DNA from: Catajapyx aquilonaris
Lineage: Eukaryota
DNA: 62,088 nt
NCBI GenBank assembly: GCA_000934665.2
Contig: KZ538559.1
Span: forward strand, 1 to 62,088
Direction: 5' to 3'
Shown here: positions 25,601 to 37,593 of the stretch, piece by piece
How the letters are laid out: each line of letters starts with the position of its first letter
How positions within the stretch are numbered: the stretch's first letter is position 1
Notes under the pieces: model-generated
What the model saw: only the letters and a program-made list of their open reading frames with translations
What the model was told of the DNA's origin: nothing
The model's database searches: none
Position numbers and translations under genes: made by a program

Positions 25601-28600
25601 TAATGTGCCGCTTTCAGAGTTAAGGGTAATTTGCTCCGTGGAAATTTCAAGTAAGAGGTTCGACGCAAGTGGTTTGAATTTATAATGGCGTGAGACAGGG
25701 TGCCGTTGTAGCAAAAGTTTTCCATGTGGGTTTTTTTTTTTGCTCTCAAGAAAAAAGAAGAAAAAATGAATGTGAAGGTGGAGAAGAAAAGAAACTGTAA
25801 ATTTTAAGGTGATGCCAACTGGGAAATTAGGAAAAGTACGAGGCTTAGTGTAACTGCATTAGGGATTCGGCGTGGACCATAAACCACATTGAGGTATCCC
25901 ATCAATCTTTCATATTTTTTAAGCGCCGCCATGAGAGTCGGAGAAGTTTGTAGCAGAAAAAAGAAATCAGAGCGGTAAAAGTGCTAATTAATCACTGAAA
26001 TGATGAGAGAAAAACACGGGCCGTTATTTTCCGCTTCTTTTGGTTCTAATTTCAGCAGTTAATTGAACGAAAATCTAGCAGAAAATAAACCCGAAGACAT
26101 TATAGTGATCTGCATGGCTTCATACAATATTCTAGCTTACTGTCGAGACATTCACTATTTTTGTCATCTATTGCATTCCAACTCATGGTCTTTTGTTTGT
26201 CGGCCTGTTTGGCTGTGGAAAAGAGCAGAAAGCAAAGCACGTCTGAGGTGTGGTGTTTTTCCTGCAATCCTCTTCACACTTGTCCTGACGGGGAGAAACG
26301 AGTTGAGGGACAAGCCCTCCATCAAATCCTACTTCTAAGCGTAAAATTGTAGAAAATGGGGAAGCAATGGGCGTGTCTGGTTCACCCAGTTTTGTGGCGG
26401 TTTCAGGCGGGCCTTTCATTTATCAAGAGCTGTCCGCTTGGGAGATAGTCCCTTTTCATAAAACATTTAGGCCCTCGTTTCCATCAGCAAGTAAGGAAAC
26501 GCAGGCGATTACAGTTCCCTCCGCATTTTTTTCTTCTTCTTCTTCCTGTGTGACACAGAGTCCCCGAACGACTTTTTTTTTTGGGGGGGGGGAGGGTGAC
26601 AGGAAATTCAATATCGCTCATCTGCAACAGGCGTTTACACATCGACTCCTCTTTCGCAATTTCTAGGCCCCTTCGGATCGGTAGCGCCAGGGAAAAGGAC
26701 TTGACCGAGCACAGACCTGTAAGCAGAACCCAAAATTGATTTGCTTTGTGCAGAAGGGAAAGGAATAAGGTACGGAAAAGGGGCGACATCAGGGGTAGAA
26801 ACTTTTTCTTATCTGTCGGATTGCTAGGGATTCTGCTCCCCTCAATTCCCATAGCTTACAAGGCTTGATCCTCCCAGGTTTGTACAACCGACAGNCCCCA
26901 CCGTACCTTACATTCACGTATTTTAAACCCCCCTACCTCTCATCCCAGGCCCATAACACAGGATCACCGCCTTGGGCCCGAATCTATCATCGTTTCCTGT
27001 CGGATTTCCCGATATACGAGCAGAACGTGCCGCAGAGTCTAAAGTTTGCTCGATGAATGGTTGATCCGAGTAAAAGCCTCCCATAGTGCATGCCGGATGC
27101 GATTCTCCTGGTTATTCGGAGCCGAGGTGTGTATCACTTTTTATGCGGTTTTTTACCCCCTCCCCTGCCATAGCCCTCCCACCTTCTGTTCAACCCTCCC
27201 TCGAATCTTACGAGATAAAGGCTGTCGTAAAGCTATCAGGCCAGAGTGCTAAGCCCGATTGCTGGGATGCGGGAAGCAAACCTGGTCGCGATTTACGTGC
27301 ATGTAAAAACCCCTTCCGGATATATATCCTGAAAAAACGGTGTCAACAGAATCCATATAGGGTTGAAGCGCTTTATATTAATTCGTGCAATTTCTTCTAG
27401 AAGTTGCCTCATTTTACGTTCATCTCCTTTAATTACATGCCAGAGTACAAAACCAGTACAAGCTCCAACCCGAACTAGTATCGGTCCCAGCGATCTTTTT
27501 CCATGAGCAAAAAGCGCTTTTACCACGGCTTAACTAGCACCTTAATGATGTTCGGTCCAACAAAAAGCCCTCCCACCCACCCCCGGTACATGGACACACC
27601 CATTTCGGCCGACACTTAAACGTCGCTGTTCATCGCTGATAAGCAAAAGCGCTTAATGATCCGAATGGGTCATTGCCGACATGGGATTTGAACCGTTTTT
27701 GGGGCCAGTTTTATTGCGGCTTCTAGCTGGGTTTTTTTCCCACTCTTTCTTCTCTATCCAGAACTGCAGTGGTCTGCCTCGCCGGTGCTAAAAAATTCAA
27801 GACCCGTAAGCCCGCCAAGTAGTAGGGCTGGGTTTTGCTTCCTACTGGGTCTCTCAGGAGTCCTCCCCAAGAAAGCCCCAACCCAGAAGCGACTCCAGTT
27901 TAAGCAGTCAATGCTGCAATAATAAATCCCGGAGGCCAAATTAGGCCAAAATGCGCCGGGGAGTCAGCTGATGCGTTGCGAGGCATTAATAATAATGATT
28001 TGTAACCACTCCCCCGTTTTGTGGGGGTGCAAAATGGTTCCTCCTTTATTACTGACTTAATTATTTTTTTGTAGGTTATCACTATTTCTTCACACTTGAA
28101 ATAGCCTTTGGGGCAATTTTCAAGTGACTCAGTAGGACCTATAGGCCTACCCAAAAAATTCGTATGATTTCATATTTCCATCAAATCGACTGAAAAAAGA
28201 TAATCAATTTAGAGGATTTTTAATCCAAGGGAGTGGGTACTATATCTCAATTTGTAAATGGCCAAAATACCACTCATATTTTGAAGAGTATTACTCAATA
28301 TTACTCAATAGAATAGGCTATTTAAAAAAAATCATTTCAAAATATTCCCGGATAATTATATCAGGTGCAAACTGTAATCTCTCAAAATAATGTTGCGATT
28401 AATTATTTTTTCAGCTTTCAGTAAATAATACTTAGGGCCTTTGCATCACAACTAATCAGGCAGAAAATCTTTAATTATCAAAGATTTCCTGTCAAATGTT
28501 GGAAATTTTCTCTAGTTTCATAAAACTGTCTGTTAGTGAGCCTGCTGGATGGCATCTTTGTGATTTATCCTCAAATCAGATTTAAGGAGGTGGCTTATAC

Positions 28601-28998
28601 ACGCGAGATGGAAAAAAACGAGGCTGCATTTAAACTCTCTTTTCATCTTAGCAATCTCTCCTCTCTTTTTTTTCCTTCTCTCTTATCTCTCCTCAGTTCT
28701 CTTTGAAAGCCGCGGGAAATAATTCCAAGTTCTGAAAGTCAGCAGGGTCTTGCTGGCGCAGCAGATGTTAATTTCCAACTTAGATCGTACTTTATTTACT
28801 GGTAGATCCGGTATTTTCTCTCGGCAAAAGAGAGAGAGAGGGGGNAACCCTAACCATTTCCAGTAATGAGATGTGTTTGGTATTTTTTCTCCCTACGTTC
28901 GATATTTTCCAGCCAAAAGTGCAAACCACAGGTCCTAAACAGGATTAGAGTCGCACAAACATAGCTATTATGTGGGAGTGGGGGAAAAAAAAACTCAC

Positions 28999-29068
28999 GC
29001 ACATTTCGAGCCTGTGCTTTGGCCTGTATTTCACAGCTTTTGGACACCACGACGCACTTGCAATCCAT
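28999..29068 (-). CDS. Candidate upstream or alternative first coding exon (MDCKCVVVSKSCEIQAKAQARNV + 1 nt)
   Basis: ATG at 29068 is followed by 70 nt to C|GTGAGT (28998-28993). This phase 1 donor is compatible with the phase 1 acceptor at 22483. No signal peptide and no homology evidence. Confidence 0.25.
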
Positions 29069-32000
29069 GATTCCCCATTATCACTTCGGAAACAAAGCCA
29101 TAGATTTAACCTGAGATTATGCAGGATTAAGCATGATATTGCTCAGCAAATTGAATACAGAACTTCGGGACAACTATCGGAAGCCTAGTAGCTTTTCTTC
29201 GCCGAATTCAGTAGCCGTTATCCTGCTTCAAGAACTGTTATTATTTTTGAGGTTTGATTCCGGAATTTTCTTTGTCGGATTGACATATAGTGCAGGAGGC
29301 AAGACGGGCCATTACCGCCAGCGACATCTTTATCCCAGACTTTGGTCCAAGTCTGAAGCCTTAAGTTGCGAAAGCGGATCACGAAAAAGTGCGCTATATC
29401 TGGGGCTGGCCGAGTGGCAACCGCCGCCCGCTTGTCACTTGGGAAAATGGTGCTCTCCGATCGAAGTGAGACAAATCCGAGCGGTTCTCCACCGGGCGTG
29501 CACTGCCGTTTCATCAAGCCAACTCGACTGCTCCTTTTCTCCACCAGAAAAAAAGAGGAGAAGAAAGAAGGAGTAAGGATTCGATTTGGTCTCACACTTT
29601 TCACCACCTTCCAAGTCCAGGAGAGTGTACACCCTAGCCGAAGACGAACAAGAAATTTGTAGTGCTTTTTTTTGCCGAACTCCGAGACAATTTTCTGCCA
29701 ATCAGACTCCGTGATGCAGAGTGACAAACCGAAATTTCCGCCGGAGTAGACGTAATCAATGCGAACCAACTCGGGCGCACTCGCGTTCTTTCTTTTTCTT
29801 TCCTTTGGCCCTGTCACATTCGTAAAGGCTTGTCGGTCATTGTTGACGTTTCTAGCTCTTGCTTTTTCATGCGCGTGACGAACAGTGTGCGTCACTATAA
29901 TAATGGTCACAAATTTGCGGTACATTATTTACTCCCACTATTATACCTGTGGTAAAATTGGATTATTCTGATTAAGATCAGAGCTGCTAAGAATTGAATC
30001 ATACGATCGGCCTAGAGATTGAGCACACTTCCATATGAATCATTGAGACAAGCCATAACTTCAAATGTCTAATTAACACAGAAGTCGCATGCATGTTAGA
30101 ACTTCATGAGTCACTCCTCCGTGTTCATATACGAGATAAACGATCACATATGCAGGAAACTATTCCGAGTCATGTTCAGTCCACTGTTTACTCTTTGGAC
30201 CCCGTGCGGTGAAAATAGCCTGCTTGTGTATAGTTTGATATTCAGCGAGATAATAAAGAGCTTGCTTGCTGTGCTGATGTTGTCAGTCGAGCGTCAATCA
30301 ATTTCTCTCGGAACCCCCAAATTTTTGTGAATATTGCAAGGTATCAGATAGAGCACGATTAACTAACCACGCCGCTTCATAACCTAAATTGATATACTGT
30401 AAGTAATATTAAAGTATATGCACTGATTGTAACCTGTAATAATGGGTAACTCTTTATCAACCCCACTTTTAATCCCCAGTATGTTAAGCCGCTATTACAC
30501 TGGATCGACAATTTATCTAAAGCCGGATAATAATATTCGCATATAACATGTAAATGACATAACTGAGCATTTTTATTGCGTCATTATTTTTCAACATTTG
30601 TGATAAGATGTGCTTTATCAGCATCTGCATCATGATATTAATAATTACACTCGTTGTGTGAAAGAGTCGCGACTCCCTTCTCGGTTCATTTTTATAAATG
30701 ACTAAATATGCTGATAACATAATTCACATCAAAGGAAATGCGTGGAAATTAAGCGTAATTGGCAATACGGTCGTTAAAATGGGGGTGCGAAGCGGAAAAT
30801 CTCATGATTATTCACTAGGGGGAAAAAAATCCTGGCGAGACGCACTCAAAATCTCCCCTTTGGAGTATTAAATCCTAACTTTTCCTCCAACCCCCCAGCT
30901 GGCTAGAGACATTAATATTTTTTTACTGCGTGGGAAGCAGACACTTTTCGCACCTTGCACGTCTCTGGCCATCTTGGGGGATGGTTTTATCTCCACCCAA
31001 TCACCAATGAGGAAGCCTGTTCACGGCTACCAGTCACGCCACGTTGACTCGAAAGCATGACTTGGCTATGGAAACAGCGAATAGCTATCGCTGCATAAAG
31101 TGCTGTAAATATTCTGCACTTTTGTGCAAATTTAGAGTTTAAAGTTGCAGTTAGTGTACGTCGTACATAAAATACCACTTTCTAAAATAATATTAATGAC
31201 TAATATGTAAAGACATGATGCTATCAAGAGAAAGATTGTTTATCCCAGGAACCATTTTAAAAGTGAACTCGAGTCGCTTTATTTTCGCGAGTTTGTTGGA
31301 GCCGAGTTTTGCAATTGCGCAAATAACTCTTCTGTCTCTCTCCGGAACAGTGATGCATGGTCATGTTTTATTAGTCCAGAAGGAGCCTGATGCGAGAGCG
31401 CCATGAAAATTGCAGGCACACGGCAGTCCTGCTTTCGGTAATTGCATCAGTACTCATCAAAGCTTCTTCGCAAAGTGCGATGAGGTTTTAACGCTATTTA
31501 TATTTTGCGCACATGTATAGTTGTTAGGATGTTGCAAAAGTTTTCAGAATGATTGCGTCAGTACGCCGTTAGATAGACCCCTATTTCAATCTCTGTAGCT
31601 CATTATTAAAAATGTGGGGCCAGAGATTGGCATACTTGTAACGTGATTAATTATAATCTGCATCAATATTTTACTACTGAGTTTACAATATTTTTTGAAG
31701 GGAGCAATCCGCAGAACAGTGCAGATTTACGAAGCAGTTCAGTTTTGGCACGGCGAAAAGCAAATATTTGTGCAGCGGATATATTTTTATGAGCCACTGT
31801 AATATTACGCTGCAAAAATAAATAAGCTTACATGCTGCTGTCCAGACTGTGAGGGACTGAGGGTTACATACTTTTTTGCGATATCCAACACGTTAGCTTT
31901 GCAAAACTGTTTCCACGCAAAATTTGACTCGACTGATACTAACTATTGACTGTTGTTGCCAGCACATGAAAAACAGCGGGAAGCAGTATATAGGGCATAT

Positions 32001-32903
32001 GCATAAAGTATCCAATCAAACATGACACCAAGAGCAATGCACTGAGCGTGTATACTGTGTAGTTCAATAACATAGATTACATTATAGAACCACACATTGT
32101 TCATACTCGTACTCAGAGAGTTGTCTTGTTAATTTTTTCCACGCCGATTCTGTTCACTATAGGCTATTAGTTGCTAATTGTAGCGTTAGCTGATTCGTAA
32201 CGGCATTAATTAATATCACATCTGCTAATTTATTCATATCGCTATTTAATTAAATTTTTGGACCAGTTCTCACGAATCTGCCAACCACAATGTTTCAACA
32301 GGGGAATAATTGGGAATGTAGCCCAAAGTGGATGCTCTAACACCATGTCACATTTTTTTATGGCAAAATTCCTTATTTTCATGCCAATCCCTGGAGCAAA
32401 CCCGTAGAAAGAAACCCTGGCCCGTGTCTTGAGGGTAACTCTGTTGGCCGGATCCAATCCCCATTCATCTTGTGCCCAATTCGCGCCCGGGTTGGAAACA
32501 AAGACCCGGGGAGCAGCCTCTCCTTCTTCTCCCGAGTCCGACAAAACGAATAGTCGTCGGGCCAGCGCACCCACGCCTTTCTCCTGAGCGACGGCGACAA
32601 GACCTAGCATGAATATAAGGCGTTTTCTTGGCGACCTGCTGAGGAAGATTAATGCCCGCTTTACCCAGCTGGGGACCAATCCGGGCACGAGGAAGTGGTT
32701 CTGAACCACTTCGCCCACGCTCAGTCATTCCGACACATTCCCAGACAGATTCATTTCGCCTTCCTCCTCTTACTAAGTGTTTCTTCCGCCCGACTTGTCC
32801 AGAACACTGTCTCTTCCTTTCTCTGAGCTGCTAACCCACTTCTACTTGGGGTGGGCCAAATGGGGCCTTTTTGGATAACACACTGGCCAGTCAAGCAGGT
32901 ATC

Positions 32904-33043
32904 AAAAATAGCAGTGATTATCACCACCGTCACTCAAATTAGCAGTGGTTAATAACAACTTTACTCAAATAAGCAATGATTAACACACCAGCTTGTAAAA
33001 TAGCAGTGGTTATTACTACTGTTACGCAAAATAGCAGTGATTA
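32904..33043 (+). repeat. Minisatellite, five copies with ~31-bp period, core AAATAGCAGTGRTTA
   Basis: AGCARTG starts at 32910, 32941, 32972, 33002 and 33033 (spacing 31, 31, 30, 31). Confidence 0.9.
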
Positions 33044-36000
33044 GTTTTCTTTTGGCACTTTATCTTTCTCCGAATAGGTTTATTTTCTGTTTGTCTGAAC
33101 TGATAGTATCACTATCTCCCGCACGACCTGAGTGTGGCAGGAGTGTGCAGAGGGAGTATGCGCCATCTATCATTGAATATTAGTACTGCATGGTAAATCG
33201 GCGGGCCATCTCATTAATGTCGTTTGATTGTCACTGTCATATTGATTACGGATTTTTCCCAATTTTGGCAATGGATTCACTACTTTCATAAGGTTAGAAT
33301 AGTTTAGAAAAACAGTTCGATCGCGATATTTAGCGTCTGTATAGTGATTGTTTCTTCCTGAAGATTCTATACGCAATTTTGGTACACTCTTGCTTGCTTC
33401 ATGCACTGGGGTCATAATCAAACAGACATTATCCGTGCTGATAGCTCGTGATAGTACTGGGAGGCTAATTCAGCCCACACCTCCTGTAAATTTGCGCAAA
33501 TCCCACCCACCTTTCCCCACCCTACTACTTAGTTTGGGAACGGCTTTTCTTACAGGGGGTACAAACTTAGTGCAGTCCGCGGCATGGCTGGGGCTCTCAT
33601 AATGTAAAGAGCTCGTTTACCGCTATTATACGGAATGAGTGAAGAACATTACCACCGGATATTAGGCCATGCTCACCGTCTTTCTTTGCCTGCTAACGAT
33701 TATTAGCAAATTTTCAGCTCCTTTTTTTCCTGCACCGGAGGGAGGGGGGTTCCGGAGATGGGAATTTATTTGCAGGGCCATTTTCCTCCATCCAGAACAA
33801 CTGCACACACTGCACATATTGTATAGTCTGTAAAGCAAAGCACACTGTGCCATAAAAGCATTTACATCCGACGCAGGCTTCCTGTGAGCCCTGTGTTGGC
33901 AATGTGCGAGGAGAGAGTAAAAATGGGTGGGGGTTTCAAAAAAAATATATGGCGGGGGTGTCCGAGCCACTTTGCAATTCCAGTCGTGTTTATGAAAAAG
34001 TTTTTGCAAAACTGGCTGAACAGCACAGACTCATCTCTCACTAAACAAAGTAGACGATTTCGAGAGGGAGGTCGAGCAGGAAAGGGGAACAAGAGCTGAA
34101 TATCAATGCTTCAAAAAGTGCGATGCGCAAAAATTTGCACTTTGGGACAGGTTGACAAGTTATAATAACGAAAGGCAAAATTAGTTGTCTCTCCCAAAAT
34201 GCGAGCGGGGATATCACCCAGGAAAAGTTTTTCACGCCTGAAAATAATGTGTACGCAGTGAAGAGACGCTACCCCTTGACATTATTTGCCCGTGGGATAC
34301 GAAAATGAGTTTTAACGTTATATGCCATTCACTTAGAGAGGACTCATTACTCAACATTTCGCCATGCGGCATGAAAAATTAATCACACAACCCGATAAGC
34401 ACTAATTGCATGCAAAATTTTGGAGGGAAGAAAGCTCCAATTATAAAAGGGTATAATTAGCGAGCCAAATCCTTTTAGGCGAAGTGCACAGGACGGTCCA
34501 AAAAAACAACAACGTAAGAAGCTGGAGAAGACGCGCAATTTTCATTCTCGTATGGAGAATCCCTTAATAACAACAGCTTAGTGGCACCGATGTCTCTCTC
34601 GCTTTGGGGACTCATCATCCAGTTTTCTTCCGTCTTTTGATGTGTTCGGGAGGAACTTTGGCTGCTCAATTCCCTGTGGCTGCAGGCAAAAGAATTTGTA
34701 GACGCTAAGCACGAAGGTCTTGGGAAATCGGAGCTCCACTTTTATGCCTGAAAGCGCCTAAACGGAGTCATCTTTGCATTAGCACGGCTGTTTCACTGCG
34801 CCATTTGCAAAGAAAAGAAAGTCTCCCCCCCCCTCCTCCCACTCGACTTAGATTTAATTAATTTAGAGTGTGGACTAGTCGGTGGACCGGAAGGGAGACA
34901 GCGATATCCGCTTTGGAAAAGTAAGGTTTCAAGCCAAACTTTTCTGAAGGATTTGGTTATCAACGCAATTTTTGGAATGATTTTGCTATCAGGAGGATCC
35001 GTTTGTTCGTATTAAATTTTTTTTGCCATAAAAACTAGAATATACACTTGATATATTAAGCTGGCAGAAAGCAAAAAGTCTAGCCATCTCCGGGGCAGAT
35101 GATGATTCTCGAAAGGTCAAGCGCCCTTTATTCTTTGAAGGTTTCCTTCATCATCAATCATTCCGCCACGGATCCGCGGAAAAAGGAACATGTAATGCTT
35201 TAAGTGGTTTCCTTCTCCACTTTCCGACTCTCAAAAAAATATCTGGCGAGTACCCTGGAGAGCGCAAAAAGCTGAGTACTACGACGGTTGTAATTGAGCT
35301 TCTACAAAAACAGCCCCAGTTATTTCAAAAGGTCACTTAAAGCTGCGAGTGCATCAGACCACACATTACTAATGCTAGACATGGTCTGATATCGACAGCA
35401 TGCGGGCAGCGTGTCACCCTGTACTTGTCGCAGGTTTTAAGCAGTGGTGGGCGGTGATGTCTGGCGACACGACCTGTTTGACATCGGATTGCAAAGTTCC
35501 CTGAGGTTCCATGCCAGCCATTATCTCTCAAACAGCCTCCCGTGTTTGCCATTCAACACTCCCCCAAGGCCCTGTATCCCCGATCAGGATCGCAATATCG
35601 GGTAAATTGTGCGTTCCTGCGGATCCGACACGCGTCAATTACCGAAACTTGTTAACAATAACGGAATTCGATAGCTGATTCTAGTAAATTAACTAGGAAA
35701 TGCGTGGATTCTAGCAACTCGCCGTTTCTCTTCTTCCATCGATTCAACTTGACTCGGGGGCCATTCCGCCAGTTGTTTTCTATTTTTTCTCCACCGCTTC
35801 TCCTCATTCCTTCCTTCCTCTTCCTCAGCGATTCTTCTCCTCGCTCACTCTTGTTTATCTTTCACTTTCTTCCAACTCTACTCCAGAAGTGGGGTTTCGA
35901 GGGGAGGAAAGCGAGGCAAGGGACTTGTTAAGAGCAATAGAAAGAGAATCGATGTGGAGCAGGTGAAAGTCCACCTATTGAATAAGCGTTCTGGAAACAT

Positions 36001-37564
36001 CCATGCCAGACGAGCAACAAAGTCGGCCATGGAAGAGCCGCATGCTACGTTAAATTTTAACTGCAAACCCCTCGGACTGAACTTTGAATTAAACAAGGGA
36101 TTATGGTCTGGCGAATTAATTCGACTCAGAGAATGGGTTATGTGCGTCAACAAGTAACTCAAATGCTCGTATTTGCTACCTGAAATACAGGGTAAACCAC
36201 AACAGTACGTAAGTATAGATAAACTACTTAGAATGTTTACGTCTGTGTAGAGTGAAGAATGTTGTTCCTGTGAGATAAGGGACAAATTCATGTAACTAAT
36301 TAATAAGCTGCATATTTGTATTAATTGGGCACGCCTTTATAAGGAGAAATTACCATGTAACCCCCTGTTATGCGGTGAACCACCCGGTGGGAAATGCTCG
36401 TCTACAAGGCCCAGCAATGTGTTTGAATTGCAGGCCCCTCATATTATATGATTAAGACAAAGCCCTTCCCCTGCGTTGTTTTCCTTATTGCAATGCACCA
36501 ACCGGCTGCATCGTGCTGTTCAAATATACAGCACTTTATCCCAATATTGTTGGGGGGAGTGGAAATCTCAGGGGACATGAATTAAGCAGTAGCAAGCCAA
36601 GCTTGAAAGTACAGTGAGGCACACTGCTGCTCAGAGTGGTCGTTAGTTTGCTGTAAAGCCCATGCCGTCCCAACCAAGTAGTGTCCCAAGTTACTAAAGT
36701 GTGCGCTGAACGGACATTGCCGGATATCCGGTATGGCAGCGACTTCATAACTGCACCGCGATTCGAGAAACAGGACCATCTCCAAGCAAGTGTCATTTCC
36801 TCCAATGCAACTATAGCAGAAGGAATGACAAGCTTTAGTGACCGAGTCGTGGTCCAACACTGCTACATTATTTTACATTTTAATACACTATATGCTAATA
36901 TGCATAACCTCTTGGTGGCCATTACCAGCACCAGAGATGACTTTTTTTTGTGCCTGTCATGGAATTGTCCCGCTTCTTCTGACATCCAGCTAATTCCAAA
37001 TTACACCACGATCCTTTCCCGCGGTCGCACCAAACTTAATTTTGCTAATCAGCCTGTAGGTGAGGGATAAAACCATCACATTACGTGTGTACAACAGGAC
37101 CTGCACGCACATAAATTCAGCAGCGGGTTCCAGCTAATAAATCTCCCAAGGCAAAATCCGCAGTCCCATTCTTTTTCCCTCTTGCAAGGACCTCTCTCTC
37201 TGCTATGGCTCCTGCCCAAAAACCCTGCAGGGAATCAATAAGCTCCATATTTTAAGCTTCGGCCCCGAGGATTAAACGTTCTAGGAAGCAGGTCTCCCCC
37301 CATCGTGACACGATGGAGCGAACATGGGGGGGTGCCCATGCCGGAGGAACCCCGTTTCTTGCTAATTTCCTAGTCCGAATCTCACGCAAATCCGCCTGCC
37401 GGGCACGCGAACCCTGAAGGGGTTTTTAGCCGCCCGAAAAAGGCGGTTACTTCAAGGGCGAACCAGGGCGTCACCGCTTTTCCAACGCCCAATTTTCACC
37501 CCTTTTTCCGGGAGAATAACCTTCCGACCTGATTAAGGCGCGCCAGCCCCGCGAGCACCACATG

Positions 37565-37593
37565 GAGCTAGGCCTAGCACCTAGGCCTAGCTC
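37565..37593. repeat. Nested palindrome GAGCTAGGCCTAG-CAC-CTAGGCCTAGCTC
   Basis: 13-bp inverted arms. Each arm contains the self-complementary 10-mer CTAGGCCTAG. Confidence 0.9.

Noticed and set aside
26161..26352. Plus-strand ORF with a signal-peptide-like start
   Set aside because: Wrong strand for dpr, short, non-ATG first codon, and no homology or splice support.
29218..29925. Longest ORF (235 aa, minus) as a protein-coding gene
   Set aside because: No recognisable domain, and low-complexity segments derive from A/T runs. More plausibly UTR or intron.
32904..33043. CRISPR-like repeat/spacer appearance
   Set aside because: Eukaryotic context, units of only 31 bp, linkers related to each other, and no cas genes.
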